Shown here: in pieces, positions 55,529-64,000 of the stretch
How positions within the stretch are numbered: position 1 is the stretch's first letter
Layout: every line of letters begins with the position of its first letter
From: an uncultured Caldisericota bacterium
GTDB taxonomy: Bacteria; Caldisericota; Caldisericia; UBA6126
NCBI GenBank assembly: GCA_964493625.1
Contig: CAZBOU010000003.1
Location: 42,677-106,676 of the forward strand
Reading direction: 5' to 3'
DNA length: 64,000 nucleotides
Notes under the pieces: model-generated
Told to the model about the DNA's origin: nothing
The model's input: only the letters and a program-made list of their open reading frames with translations
Database searches by the model: none
Made by a program: the position numbers and the translations under genes

Positions 55529-56458
55529 ATGAAATTACTTGTTACTTCTGATTTACATATTGAAAAAGAACGAAGTGTTTCTTGCGCTAGACTTCCTGCT
55601 ATGATAGCTGAATACATGGCGTCCAATCCTACAGAACAATACATTTTTGCAATCGTGGGAGATGTTTCACAAGATCTTTCAAAAATGAATGACTATTTCT
55701 CTCAATTTTCCTCCATATCTATTCCAAAGCTCTTTGTAGCTGGGAACCACGATATTTGGATTCAAAGCAAAAGTGAAAACCCAAACAAAATGGAGAATTC
55801 ACTTGAAATATATCAGAAAATCCTACCAAAAATCTGCAAAGACAATGGTTTTCATTATTTGGACCAAAACCCTTATATTTTTGATCGAATTGGATTTGTA
55901 GGAAACATTGGTTGGTATGATTTCTCCTTTCATTCCAAAAAACCACCACCCGTTTCAAAAGAGTTAACTTTTATCCGACGGGAAACGAATCAAGAGTTCA
56001 CCTGGTCAGATATCAATTATTCTGACCTTTCTAGCAAGGAACTTTGGGCGATTGATGAACAAAAGATCCCTACCAGGATTAGTGTTTGGAATGATCTGTA
56101 CTATATTAAATGGCCTTACGGGAAAACAGATGCTGACTTTTGTAAAATATGCTACAAAACGATCAACAAACACTTTCAAGAAACTTACAGTTCTATTGAT
56201 CATCTAGTCTTTATGAGTCATCATGCACTTTTTGAAGAGTGTATTGTTCGCTACTCTTCATACTCAGAAGAATTTAACAATGCCTATCGTGGTTCTAAAT
56301 TTCTAGGAGATTATGTAATCACGCATCCAAAACTACGCAAAATCATCTTTGGTCATACTCACAATGAGGGAGCGTATACATTAAAAAATGGAATAAGGGC
56401 AATCAATCCTTACTATTCAACCAAAAAACCATTCCATGTTATTCCTTTGAATTTTTAG
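55529..56458 (+). CDS. Calcineurin-like metallophosphoesterase
   Basis: The protein has the motifs LVTSDLH, GNHD and GHTHN. It is divergent from the S8 peptidase gene. Confidence 0.7.
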   Translation: MKLLVTSDLHIEKERSVSCARLPAMIAEYMASNPTEQYIFAIVGDVSQDLSKMNDYFSQFSSISIPKLFVAGNHDIWIQSKSENPNKMENSLEIYQKILPKICKDNGFHYLDQNPYIFDRIGFVGNIGWYDFSFHSKKPPPVSKELTFIRRETNQEFTWSDINYSDLSSKELWAIDEQKIPTRISVWNDLYYIKWPYGKTDADFCKICYKTINKHFQETYSSIDHLVFMSHHALFEECIVRYSSYSEEFNNAYRGSKFLGDYVITHPKLRKIIFGHTHNEGAYTLKNGIRAINPYYSTKKPFHVIPLNF

Positions 56459-56906
56459 TTTCTTCTAAGAATGTATCAATAGCCTTTTTAATATCACTAC
56501 CATCAGCTTTATCTTTCAAAACAGACATGGCCTCTTTCATCATTAATCCAAAAGATAGAGTTGTATAGTCCAGATCTTTAAAGATCGACTTGACTGATGT
56601 GTACACATCATCAAAAGACATTGTTTCAGGAAGGTATTCCTGAATAATTTTCATCTCCTGTTCTTCTTTCGCTGCAGCCTCTTCACGACCTGCACTTATA
56701 TACTGTGATATCGATTCTTTGTGTTTTTTTTCTTCAAGCTTTAAGATAGCAATAATATCTTGATCGGTTGCTTCCTTGTTCTTTGATTTCAAGTCAATTT
56801 CTTTATATTGGATAGCCGTTTTAAGCATTTTTAAGGTTTCTGCTCTCAAAGTATCCTTTGCTTTGTATGCTTTCATGAAATCAACTTTAATTTTATCTTT
56901 TAACAT
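56439..56906 (-). CDS. GatB/YqeY domain protein
   Basis: The protein is about 155 aa. Its N-terminus LKDKIKVDFMKAYKAKD...ETLKMLKTAI is typical of the YqeY family. Confidence 0.7.
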   Translation of the reverse strand: MLKDKIKVDFMKAYKAKDTLRAETLKMLKTAIQYKEIDLKSKNKEATDQDIIAILKLEEKKHKESISQYISAGREEAAAKEEQEMKIIQEYLPETMSFDDVYTSVKSIFKDLDYTTLSFGLMMKEAMSVLKDKADGSDIKKAIDTFLEETKNSKE

Positions 56907-56937
56907 AAGGACCTCCAATGTGGCTTTAAGAACTTTC

Positions 56938-57858
56938 CTATTTTCTGCCTAGATGCAAATCAAGCCATTGTCGGAGCAGTTGTATCTGTTCTTCGTCTGC
57001 AACAAGGCTATGATATACAATTTCGTGATCTTGATTGACGACATAAAAATTGGGTACGCCAGCAACATGATATCGATCATATATTTTGTTGTTAATGTCT
57101 TGTACAACGGGGTATTGCACGCCATATTTCTCTAGTTTTTCATCGCGATCGTCTTCTTGTCCTGCAGTATCAGTATTGATTCCAATCACTGAAACATTTT
57201 TATGAGTGTAATCTTCTTCTAGATCAACTAACAAAGGAAGAGCTTTAAGGCAAAAAGGGCAACGAGTTGCGTAAAAGTTTAAAACGAAAAATTCATTTTC
57301 AGGTTTTTCTAGCTCTTTGTATAAATCAAAACTATTTCCTTCTGTATCGTCGAGTACAAAATTTGGAGCTTCAATTAAAATGCGTTCTCGCAAAGTCAAA
57401 AAAGAGATCGCATTGGGATCATAAGAATCTATGATAGATACATCAAAAAGGGTAGCAACAGTGGTTGCATCTGCATATATTCGATCATGCTTCAGGGTAA
57501 AATGAGAGATGGGAAAGGAAGAAGAAAGAACTTGTAAGGAATTTTCATCGCAAATTTTTATAGAAAATTGATTCCATGATGAAGAAAAAGATGCAACAGA
57601 TGCTTTTGAATCCCATTCTACATCATAACGTAAAGATGTGGCTATATATCGCAAAGGGATCATAAAAGAGTCAACCATATCGTCAACATATACTTTCACA
57701 GGCAGTTCAACAGGATGCCCCAAAATCTTAAACACATACTTGTTTTTAAAAAAAGTTAAATCGCATGTAAAAGAAGTTGTGTTTTGCTTAGAAAAAACGG
57801 GAAGTACAGAAAAAAATAGTAAAAAAACAAGAAGATAGGCAGCCCATTTCAATTTCAT
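56938..57858 (-). CDS. Secreted CuAO_N-like stalk domain plus TlpA-like thioredoxin-fold (redoxin) protein
   Basis: The protein has a signal peptide. The central segment GHPVELPVKVYVDDMVDSFMIPLRYIATSLRYDVEWD resembles the copper amine oxidase N-domain. The C-terminus has VLNFYATRCPFCLKALP (CxxC redoxin). Confidence 0.6.
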   Translation of the reverse strand: MKLKWAAYLLVFLLFFSVLPVFSKQNTTSFTCDLTFFKNKYVFKILGHPVELPVKVYVDDMVDSFMIPLRYIATSLRYDVEWDSKASVASFSSSWNQFSIKICDENSLQVLSSSFPISHFTLKHDRIYADATTVATLFDVSIIDSYDPNAISFLTLRERILIEAPNFVLDDTEGNSFDLYKELEKPENEFFVLNFYATRCPFCLKALPLLVDLEEDYTHKNVSVIGINTDTAGQEDDRDEKLEKYGVQYPVVQDINNKIYDRYHVAGVPNFYVVNQDHEIVYHSLVADEEQIQLLRQWLDLHLGRK

Positions 57859-57945
57859 TCGTGGAGATCCTTTGCATTTTGTTGTTCGTTTGTATCAAGT
57901 TTATCTTTTTTCATATCTATAGTACCTTCTTTTGCGGAGGAGGTT

Positions 57946-58533
57946 TCATTTTTTTTTCTCATTCAGTTTTTGTTGTTTCTCGAAATAAACTTCAGCATTT
58001 GGTTTGTTACAAAGATCGCACCCAACGCAGCTAAATTTACTATATTTTTGACGGAGTGCGCCAACTATGGAGCCTAAAACTAATATGGGAAAGAAATACT
58101 TTAAGTACATCAGCCATTCATTGGCATTTGTAGCAAAAATGAAGGTAAAAATTAAAAGTCCTGCAAATGCTGCAACAGTACCTATGAGAGTTAACCAGAA
58201 TGCGTTGAGTTTTGTGCGGAAACCTGCCACAATTAAAACATAAAGAATGCTTACTGGAAGAGAAACGTAATTCAGGAAGCAAGGTATAATTAAGGAGTAA
58301 AGAAAAGTACTTAATATGGCAACCCAAAGAAGTTTCTTCATATCGAAATGAAAACGGCTCATGATAAAGGACACAAAAACAATAGGACGTATGACGCAAC
58401 CTATCACAGGAACGGTAGTTTCAATAAAGGGTGCTGTAGCAAGGTAAAAAATTGCTCCAACAGCACTTACAACACCTACGAGGGTAATATCTTTAGTTTC
58501 CATCAATACGATCCAATTCTCCTGGGTAATCAC
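57946..58533 (-). CDS. Hypothetical polytopic membrane protein
   Basis: The protein is 195 aa with about 5 TM helices. The C-terminus has CVGCDLC. Confidence 0.4.
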   Translation of the reverse strand: MITQENWIVLMETKDITLVGVVSAVGAIFYLATAPFIETTVPVIGCVIRPIVFVSFIMSRFHFDMKKLLWVAILSTFLYSLIIPCFLNYVSLPVSILYVLIVAGFRTKLNAFWLTLIGTVAAFAGLLIFTFIFATNANEWLMYLKYFFPILVLGSIVGALRQKYSKFSCVGCDLCNKPNAEVYFEKQQKLNEKKK

Positions 58534-59188
58534 TTACAGGTTGAATAAGCCGATACACTCTGTGAAAATTTAGCTGAATAAGTGCTTCGCCTGCAATTTT
58601 TGTTTCAAGATAATTGTCCCCAACAATGACAATTTCATGCCACCTATTCATCGGAAACAGGTATGGGACAACATCTGTTAATGGTACGGTAACAGAATTG
58701 GGTATGTGAGCGCTTTTCCAAACTTCAGTAGGCCGGACATCAATAATAAACAAGTTTTCATATCGATCTTGAAGATTTTGAAAAGATGCATAGTCAACGC
58801 TAATAGGATAAAAATACTGCTCTTTTTCAAGGTCATCACAACTACCTCCAATGGCGCATTCTGAACAATCCATTACCCAATCTTGTCTAGAATGTATATA
58901 TGTAACCATTTTGGAAGTAAAACGTGAAGAAGATAAATAATTAACAATAGAAAAAACATTTCTCTGAAACCAAGAAGCATCATGCTCAGGGCTTAACACG
59001 GATTTTTCATAAGCACGAAGAACATTGTCCTGGACAGTACCTTCGTCCATAATAACATTCGGTGTATTTTTATGAATTGTATATTGAGTAATATTTTGTC
59101 TATAGACGAAAAAAACAAACGTTAAAAACAAAACAATAGCAAAAACATGGATTAAGTTGCTTATTTTTTTTGAAATATTTTTTTTCAT
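58493..59188 (-). CDS. Membrane-anchored rhodanese-like domain protein
   Basis: The protein has an N-terminal TM helix. The segment IIDVRPTEVWKSAHIPNSVTVP matches the rhodanese fold. Confidence 0.55.
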   Translation of the reverse strand: MKKNISKKISNLIHVFAIVLFLTFVFFVYRQNITQYTIHKNTPNVIMDEGTVQDNVLRAYEKSVLSPEHDASWFQRNVFSIVNYLSSSRFTSKMVTYIHSRQDWVMDCSECAIGGSCDDLEKEQYFYPISVDYASFQNLQDRYENLFIIDVRPTEVWKSAHIPNSVTVPLTDVVPYLFPMNRWHEIVIVGDNYLETKIAGEALIQLNFHRVYRLIQPVSDYPGELDRIDGN

Positions 59189-59198
59189 GATATTTTAG

Positions 59199-59229
59199 AG
59201 AGCTCCCCGTTATAGGGAGCTCTCTATTT
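59199..59229. terminator. Perfect 11-bp inverted repeat hairpin between two minus-strand genes
   Basis: AGAGAGCTCCC cgttata GGGAGCTCTCT, read directly from the sequence. The flanking T/A tract is modest. Confidence 0.45.
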
Positions 59230-59237
59230 ATGCAATT

Positions 59238-60620
59238 CTATTTAGGATAATAGACAGTTACGGCAGAAGCGCTGTAGCGAAGATCTTTAGGATTCCAACC
59301 AACGTAACAATCTAATGCTTCGGCAACAAAGCGAATGGGTACAAATGTTCGTCCACGAACAATAACAGGTGCAACACCATCGGGAATTTGATATGGTTTT
59401 CCATTAATTCTTCCAGTAGTTTTTCCAATCCAAATTTCCACGGTATTGCTACCAAGTTTAACTGTCACTTTCTGTTCCTTTCCATCCCAACTTACATTAG
59501 CACCTAGTCCTTCAGAGATAGCACGAAGGGGTACCATGGTTCTGCCCTTGTCGATATATGGAGGGGCATCCAATCTCTTGATGTCATCGTTCACCATCAT
59601 GATATACTTCTTGATATAAACGCGGACAATTTGTCTAGTAATGTTAGGAGGATTGATTGCATTATTGATCACTAACATTTGTTTTCCTGATTGATCATAC
59701 TTAAAAACTTTGTTTTGAGCAATATCGGTTACCCACACAAAGTTTTCGGTGTCAATAGTAAGTGCAGATGCAGTATTAATGCCAGGTAGATTGATAGACT
59801 TCACAAATTTGTAATCGGGGGAATAGACATGAACTTTTTTTGCACCGCGATCAAGGATATAAATCTTATTCCCTTGAGAAGCTAAAAAATCAACACCCAC
59901 GTCGCAGATATCACTGAATGAACCCTTAATTTCCCGAACAAAACGACCTTTGAGATCATATACAGCTACTCGTTTGTTTCCGGTGTCGGCAACAAGAAGA
60001 TTTGTATCTTTTGCATATACCATACCTTCAGGATTTTTCAATTTTTCATTGGCAGCACCGGTGTTTCCAAAATCCCGTACAAATGTACCATCTCGTGGAT
60101 CTTTTATACCACCTGGTGGTGGAGTCCAATGAGATACTTTACTTTGTTTCCTATCAAGTAGCGCTTGCGATTTAATTTCGTCAATCTCGGTCATAGCAAC
60201 ATCCCACATTTCTGTGAGCTTGCCAGGACCAGTACCCATTTCACCGTTTTTGTGGTGTGTGTGGCCGTTTAACTCATAAATAAAGGAATGCCCAGTGAGG
60301 GCATCAGCAATTCCGATAACATCGGTGAGTCTGCAAGTTACAACATCGACGCACTTTTTGATAACCCATTTTTCACCAGAAGTATGGGTTGAAACGGTAG
60401 GAATAATAACAGATAAATAGGTACCTTCTGTAGAATATTTTAAAACGCGGTTTTGAATGGGATCGGTAACATAAACATAATATCCAAAAGAATTGGTATA
60501 AATACCGATTTTATCGGGTGAAGCAGCTTCAGTGGTAGAACTAATAGTTCCAGGAATCAACTGTATGCTGCATAGTAGTAAGGCAACGACAAAAAATGAT
60601 AGGACTTTCTTAAAATTCAT
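59238..60620 (-). CDS. Secreted NHL-repeat beta-propeller protein with a C-terminal copper-amine-oxidase N-domain
   Basis: The protein has a signal peptide. NHL-like repeats are present (LLVADTGNKRVAVYD, VWVTDIAQNKVFKYD). The C-terminus LDAPPYIDKGRTMVPLRAISEGLGANVSWD ... VRGRTFVPIRFVAEALD matches Cu_amine_oxidN1. Confidence 0.75.
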   Translation of the reverse strand: MNFKKVLSFFVVALLLCSIQLIPGTISSTTEAASPDKIGIYTNSFGYYVYVTDPIQNRVLKYSTEGTYLSVIIPTVSTHTSGEKWVIKKCVDVVTCRLTDVIGIADALTGHSFIYELNGHTHHKNGEMGTGPGKLTEMWDVAMTEIDEIKSQALLDRKQSKVSHWTPPPGGIKDPRDGTFVRDFGNTGAANEKLKNPEGMVYAKDTNLLVADTGNKRVAVYDLKGRFVREIKGSFSDICDVGVDFLASQGNKIYILDRGAKKVHVYSPDYKFVKSINLPGINTASALTIDTENFVWVTDIAQNKVFKYDQSGKQMLVINNAINPPNITRQIVRVYIKKYIMMVNDDIKRLDAPPYIDKGRTMVPLRAISEGLGANVSWDGKEQKVTVKLGSNTVEIWIGKTTGRINGKPYQIPDGVAPVIVRGRTFVPIRFVAEALDCYVGWNPKDLRYSASAVTVYYPK

Positions 60621-60635
60621 ACATACACTCCTAGG

Positions 60636-61667
60636 TTATTCAGCAACACTTTTTCCGATCATACGTAGTGTAGCAGCAGATTCTTGCGTTTTATGCTTTT
60701 CGCGTTCTTCCAAGCTGTGCATTGCCATAGCAAAAAAGAAATCGGCATAGCCATTATCACTTACATCAAAATGAACTAGGTCTCGGTTAGAAGGACTTCT
60801 TGGACGAGCAACTTCAAGGATATAGCCGCCAAAATCAAAATTGCCTACAGCTTGAATCAAAGCGGCTTCGCCAGAAGGATTGTTCTCTGTAATGATGTAT
60901 AGCGGTGCACCATCTCCACCTTCTGCTGGTTTTTTCTCGTTTTCATCGCGGTTATGGACGAATCCGTATTCGCCTGGTAACTCTTCCCAGGCAATTTTGT
61001 TGTCAAAATTGGGATCTTCTGTATCAATACCAGCTGGTATATCTGTAAGGATATACGAAGCCATAATGTTTTTCATACCACTTACTGCAGGACTCCACAC
61101 CCATAGTTCCACAATATCTCCTGGGATTTCGGTAGCCATGTAACGATTGTCGACAACGTTTGATTGATCATGACAAAGAGGGGTGCAACCGGTATCTAAA
61201 AAACCAGGAATATCGCTTAAGTCCCAAACAATAGACAAGGTATCCATTTTTGAATCCCAAGTCCAACTGCCTTCCGCATCTTTTGTCCAAAATCCTGCGG
61301 TACTATCTTCTGGTGTCATGGTCATATCGGAAATCCAGTCATACAGAAAATAAATGTTATCGTTGTCGTAATAAGTCTTTACATCGACCCACATTCCACT
61401 CTCAAGTTCAACAGTAACTGGCTCAATATTCATCCAAACTTCATCATCGCCAGATCCGTCAATGGTTGGTTGTGCATCTACAAAATGACAATCAACAATG
61501 GTATCGGTAACGTTTTCTGGTTTTTCTCCTGGAGTTTCATTTTGAGAAGTTCCTCCATTGTCAACAGAGCTATTGTCAGTACCATTACCACCGCAACCCA
61601 TTAGTAGGGCAGATCCGACAGCTACAACGACAAAAAGAATAAAAAAGTGTTTCATCATGCTTTTCAT
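60636..61667 (-). CDS. Lipoprotein with a CBM9-like / DOMON-superfamily domain
   Basis: The protein has a lipobox LLMGC. A Gly/Ser/Asn-rich linker is followed by a domain starting IDGSGDDEVW, as in CBM9-like domains. Confidence 0.4.
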   Translation of the reverse strand: MKSMMKHFFILFVVVAVGSALLMGCGGNGTDNSSVDNGGTSQNETPGEKPENVTDTIVDCHFVDAQPTIDGSGDDEVWMNIEPVTVELESGMWVDVKTYYDNDNIYFLYDWISDMTMTPEDSTAGFWTKDAEGSWTWDSKMDTLSIVWDLSDIPGFLDTGCTPLCHDQSNVVDNRYMATEIPGDIVELWVWSPAVSGMKNIMASYILTDIPAGIDTEDPNFDNKIAWEELPGEYGFVHNRDENEKKPAEGGDGAPLYIITENNPSGEAALIQAVGNFDFGGYILEVARPRSPSNRDLVHFDVSDNGYADFFFAMAMHSLEEREKHKTQESAATLRMIGKSVAE

Positions 61668-61683
61668 GATACCTCCTAAAACA

Positions 61684-64000
61684 TTAACCAGTGTATACTA
61701 ACGTAATGCGATCTTCGATTCCACGATCTACAGTACCATTTAGTTTGATATAGTCGAACAAGCTTTCTCGAAGTGTCTTTTCGTAATACTTAACAACATT
61801 GCCATTGGCAAACCATTCGTATCCGTCTAGGCCTCTTCGCATCGATTCTGTAGTAACTACTGTGTAAGTGTCCTCATAAATAAGTTCTCCTACATCATCA
61901 ATTGTACATTCAACGATGCGGTCATATAGAAACCGAAGGTTGTCGTATGCAAAGCGTGCTCCTGATACCTGTACCATACCTGCACTGAATGTACATCCAT
62001 GTTCAAATACCATTAAAAGATCTTCACCTAACATTTCAATCAAAACAAGGTCTTCGTCTTTGGGTAAAACAGCATATATTTCTTCAGCTGTAATATCACC
62101 TGCATCAATGTTAGCCTTAATAAGGTTAGGAGTAATACATGCTACTTGAGCACCATCTTTAACCATAGTATCACGCATTACATCAGAGATTAAGTTACCA
62201 AGAGGGGACTCTCCGCCAATGCTGATTTTCATTCCATCATTGGATTGCCCGATTACGTCTTGTAGTTCACTTGCATATTCTTTATTGTATTCATTTTGTA
62301 TTTGGAAAGACGTGGCAGAGGGCTCCATGTCATCGATATAAGAATATTGGTTGTGCAAAGTAATACGTTCAATATTCTTAGTGATAGCGTCCATAATAAT
62401 CTTCGTTTGACCCAATGAATTACCATATTTACCAGCTGCAATCACAGGAATACCATCATGATGGAATGTATAACCAAATTCACCATTCAAAGCAATAATG
62501 AAGGAAGGCTTTGGATTCAATTGATCAATAAATCGTACCAAAACCGGGGACAGCTCGTTGTCAAGGTTAACTCTGCTATCCATCCCAACAGTTAAAACAG
62601 TAATATTGGATCCTTCATCAACGAGCGAAGAAAGCACTTTATTGGCGGATTCAACGGAATCCTTTATCTCAATAGCTGCCAAAACTTCAGGGTGGATATA
62701 AGGTTTTTCTATTGAAAAACCTGTTACACCTGTAATACCAATTTTGATACCAGAAAGTTCATGCGTAATTGAATCTTTGTATAATGGTTCTCCGGTTTCA
62801 TTGCTATAGATATCAGCTGCAACAATATCGATATACTTGTTAATCAAATCAAGATACTCAAATCCATAGAAGAAATCTTCATCAGATAAACCGATAGCTC
62901 CATAGTTCATAGGTTCATATTGTTTGACTACATATTCGCCCTTTGTTAAATAAGACAAAGCTGAACCCATCAAAAAATTACCGGCATCGATCGCCATAAA
63001 ATTTGGGTTGCGTTTTGACAATTCATCGAAATACGACGCTACAGAGGCAAAACCGCCAATAGGACGGTCTTCATTAGGATCTCGGTACAAGGAACGGATC
63101 TCATTGGCAACGTTACCGCTAGATCCAATCATAATGACAGGGTAATGAGCTCGGAAAACAATGGTAGCAGTTTCCGCTCTAGAAATAGATTTTTCAGGTC
63201 TTATAGTACCATCGGAATAACCAGTTATGAGGTTGTTTTCATAGGCAAAAATCATGTAGGGAAGGGCAAGGTTTGATATGCTTTGCCAATCTTTTACTTT
63301 GTCCTTAAAAAGGGTGATGCTTTCATTAGACATAGTAGGTGGTTCGGGGTTGTCTCGAAAAGCAATCACAAGTTCAATCATTGCTTCTTGCCGAGTGATT
63401 GGTTTATTTGGCATAAATAAGTCATTGGTTGCAAAGGGGATCATTTTTTTCGCAAGTGCTCCTTCGACTATTCCATAAAACCAATCTGTTGTTTTTACGT
63501 CTTTGAAAGAAGATGTTGCTGGCTTTAATTGGGGAATATCGTAAGCATTTAACACAACAGTAGTATATTCAGCTCTAGTAATTTGATTGTTGGGTTGAAA
63601 ACTACCATCGGTATACCCTTTGATAACACCTTTATCAACTAGAAAACTGATAGGTTCATTGCCCCAATGGTCAAGATAATCAGGAACAACATACCAAGAA
63701 CCACTAGTAGTAGGCGTGATAGTTTTGTTAGGAAGGTCGTAAAAAGCATCAACCAAAGCTCTACGAACTGTTTTTCTTGAATTCTCTTTGATACTAACAT
63801 AAGCCAACGAATCAGGTCGTCCTGAACCAGAAACAAGAGATGCTGTTACGGCGACATCGTAATTGGTTGTAAGGGTAATTGGTTGACCTAATACTTTTAA
63901 ATCAGAGACTTTTTGGCCAGAAGGTTTTCGTAAATCTATTTTGTAGGAAAAACCTTTTGTACTTATACCAGCACTTTCGGTGCCAAAAGCAAGGCTATTT
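61684..64000 (-). CDS. SLH-domain cell-surface 5'-nucleotidase/metallophosphatase. The protein is 5'-partial: the reading frame stays open to the window edge.
   Basis: Three S-layer homology repeats are present (FKDVKTTDWFYGIVEGA..., ITRAEYTTVVLNA..., ISRAETATIVFRA). The C-terminal region carries the 5'-nucleotidase C-domain motif PLGNLISDVMRD. Reading upstream of the track's TTG start at 63807, the same frame has no stop through position 64000. Confidence 0.65.
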   Translation of the reverse strand, partial: NSLAFGTESAGISTKGFSYKIDLRKPSGQKVSDLKVLGQPITLTTNYDVAVTASLVSGSGRPDSLAYVSIKENSRKTVRRALVDAFYDLPNKTITPTTSGSWYVVPDYLDHWGNEPISFLVDKGVIKGYTDGSFQPNNQITRAEYTTVVLNAYDIPQLKPATSSFKDVKTTDWFYGIVEGALAKKMIPFATNDLFMPNKPITRQEAMIELVIAFRDNPEPPTMSNESITLFKDKVKDWQSISNLALPYMIFAYENNLITGYSDGTIRPEKSISRAETATIVFRAHYPVIMIGSSGNVANEIRSLYRDPNEDRPIGGFASVASYFDELSKRNPNFMAIDAGNFLMGSALSYLTKGEYVVKQYEPMNYGAIGLSDEDFFYGFEYLDLINKYIDIVAADIYSNETGEPLYKDSITHELSGIKIGITGVTGFSIEKPYIHPEVLAAIEIKDSVESANKVLSSLVDEGSNITVLTVGMDSRVNLDNELSPVLVRFIDQLNPKPSFIIALNGEFGYTFHHDGIPVIAAGKYGNSLGQTKIIMDAITKNIERITLHNQYSYIDDMEPSATSFQIQNEYNKEYASELQDVIGQSNDGMKISIGGESPLGNLISDVMRDTMVKDGAQVACITPNLIKANIDAGDITAEEIYAVLPKDEDLVLIEMLGEDLLMVFEHGCTFSAGMVQVSGARFAYDNLRFLYDRIVECTIDDVGELIYEDTYTVVTTESMRRGLDGYEWFANGNVVKYYEKTLRESLFDYIKLNGTVDRGIEDRITLVYTG

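Noticed and set aside
59199-59229. The 11-bp perfect hairpin as a canonical rho-independent terminator for the minus-strand NHL gene
   Set aside because: On the minus strand the hairpin is followed by an A-rich rather than a U-rich tract. It is kept only as a moderate-confidence structured element. It may terminate weakly or act bidirectionally.
1-64000. Search for tRNA, rRNA, IS elements and integrases
   Set aside because: No cloverleaf-compatible 70-90 nt segments, rRNA-like conserved blocks, terminal inverted repeats flanking a transposase, or recombinase ORFs were recognised by eye. The only mobile-element trace is the KilA-N fragment.

Overview
This window is an AT-rich (roughly 38-40% GC by eye), densely packed stretch of bacterial chromosome. 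Its gene content points to an anaerobic, Firmicutes-like organism: proteins with S-layer homology (SLH) domains and copper-amine-oxidase N-terminal (CuAO_N) stalk domains, the DapH acetyl-variant lysine pathway, an anaerobic ribonucleotide reductase (RNR), the [FeFe]-hydrogenase maturases HydG/E/F, and a 2-oxoacid:ferredoxin oxidoreductase. The main blocks, in order along the window:
(1) 1-900: a KilA-N domain fragment and a strong hairpin.
(2) 901-7710: housekeeping genes (a D-TA family PLP enzyme, 3-methyladenine glycosylase, a nitroreductase, ArfB) flanking a 1309-aa secreted protein built from NHL repeats, a Trx-like domain and CuAO_N domains.
(3) 8215-15998: an accessory-looking block on the minus strand, comprising a radical SAM protein, small membrane proteins, an 816-aa polytopic membrane protein with a DUF5050 propeller, a DUF2779 nuclease with a PD-(D/E)xK motif, and a CGGC-domain protein.
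(4) 16061-25874: a minus-strand operon for tetrapyrrole synthesis carrying hemA, hemL, hemB, hemC, cobA-hemD and sirC together with ahbA, ahbB and two NirJ-like radical SAM genes (AhbC/AhbD). This is the siroheme-dependent alternative heme pathway.
(5) 25979-30383: directly upstream on the same strand, nrdR-nrdD-grx-nrdG. NrdD is 943 aa with tandem ATP cones, and two NrdR boxes sit in front of nrdR.
(6) 30485-32156: an ICMT-family methyltransferase, a small membrane protein, and an unusual protein with an Flp-pilin-like N-terminus fused to a DUF1080 lectin-like domain.
(7) 32179-41016: a perfect TTGACA-17-TATAAT promoter and a lysine riboswitch (L-box) in front of a nine-gene operon covering all of lysine biosynthesis (asd, dapF, dapA, dapB, dapH, lysC, a class-III aminotransferase, lysA, an N-acetyl-DAP deacetylase).
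(8) 41106-46840: osmC followed by a terminator, then nitroreductase, two tandem TM1266-family regulators, and hydG-hydE-hydF. No hydA lies in the window.
(9) 47052-64000: a secreted hypothetical protein, a class II aldolase, an M20 peptidase, korABC, an S8 subtilase, a metallophosphoesterase, YqeY, a CuAO_N plus TlpA-like redoxin, a rhodanese, a second NHL plus CuAO_N protein, a CBM9-like lipoprotein, and a 5'-partial SLH-domain 5'-nucleotidase.
No rRNA, tRNA, CRISPR array or intact mobile element was recognised.
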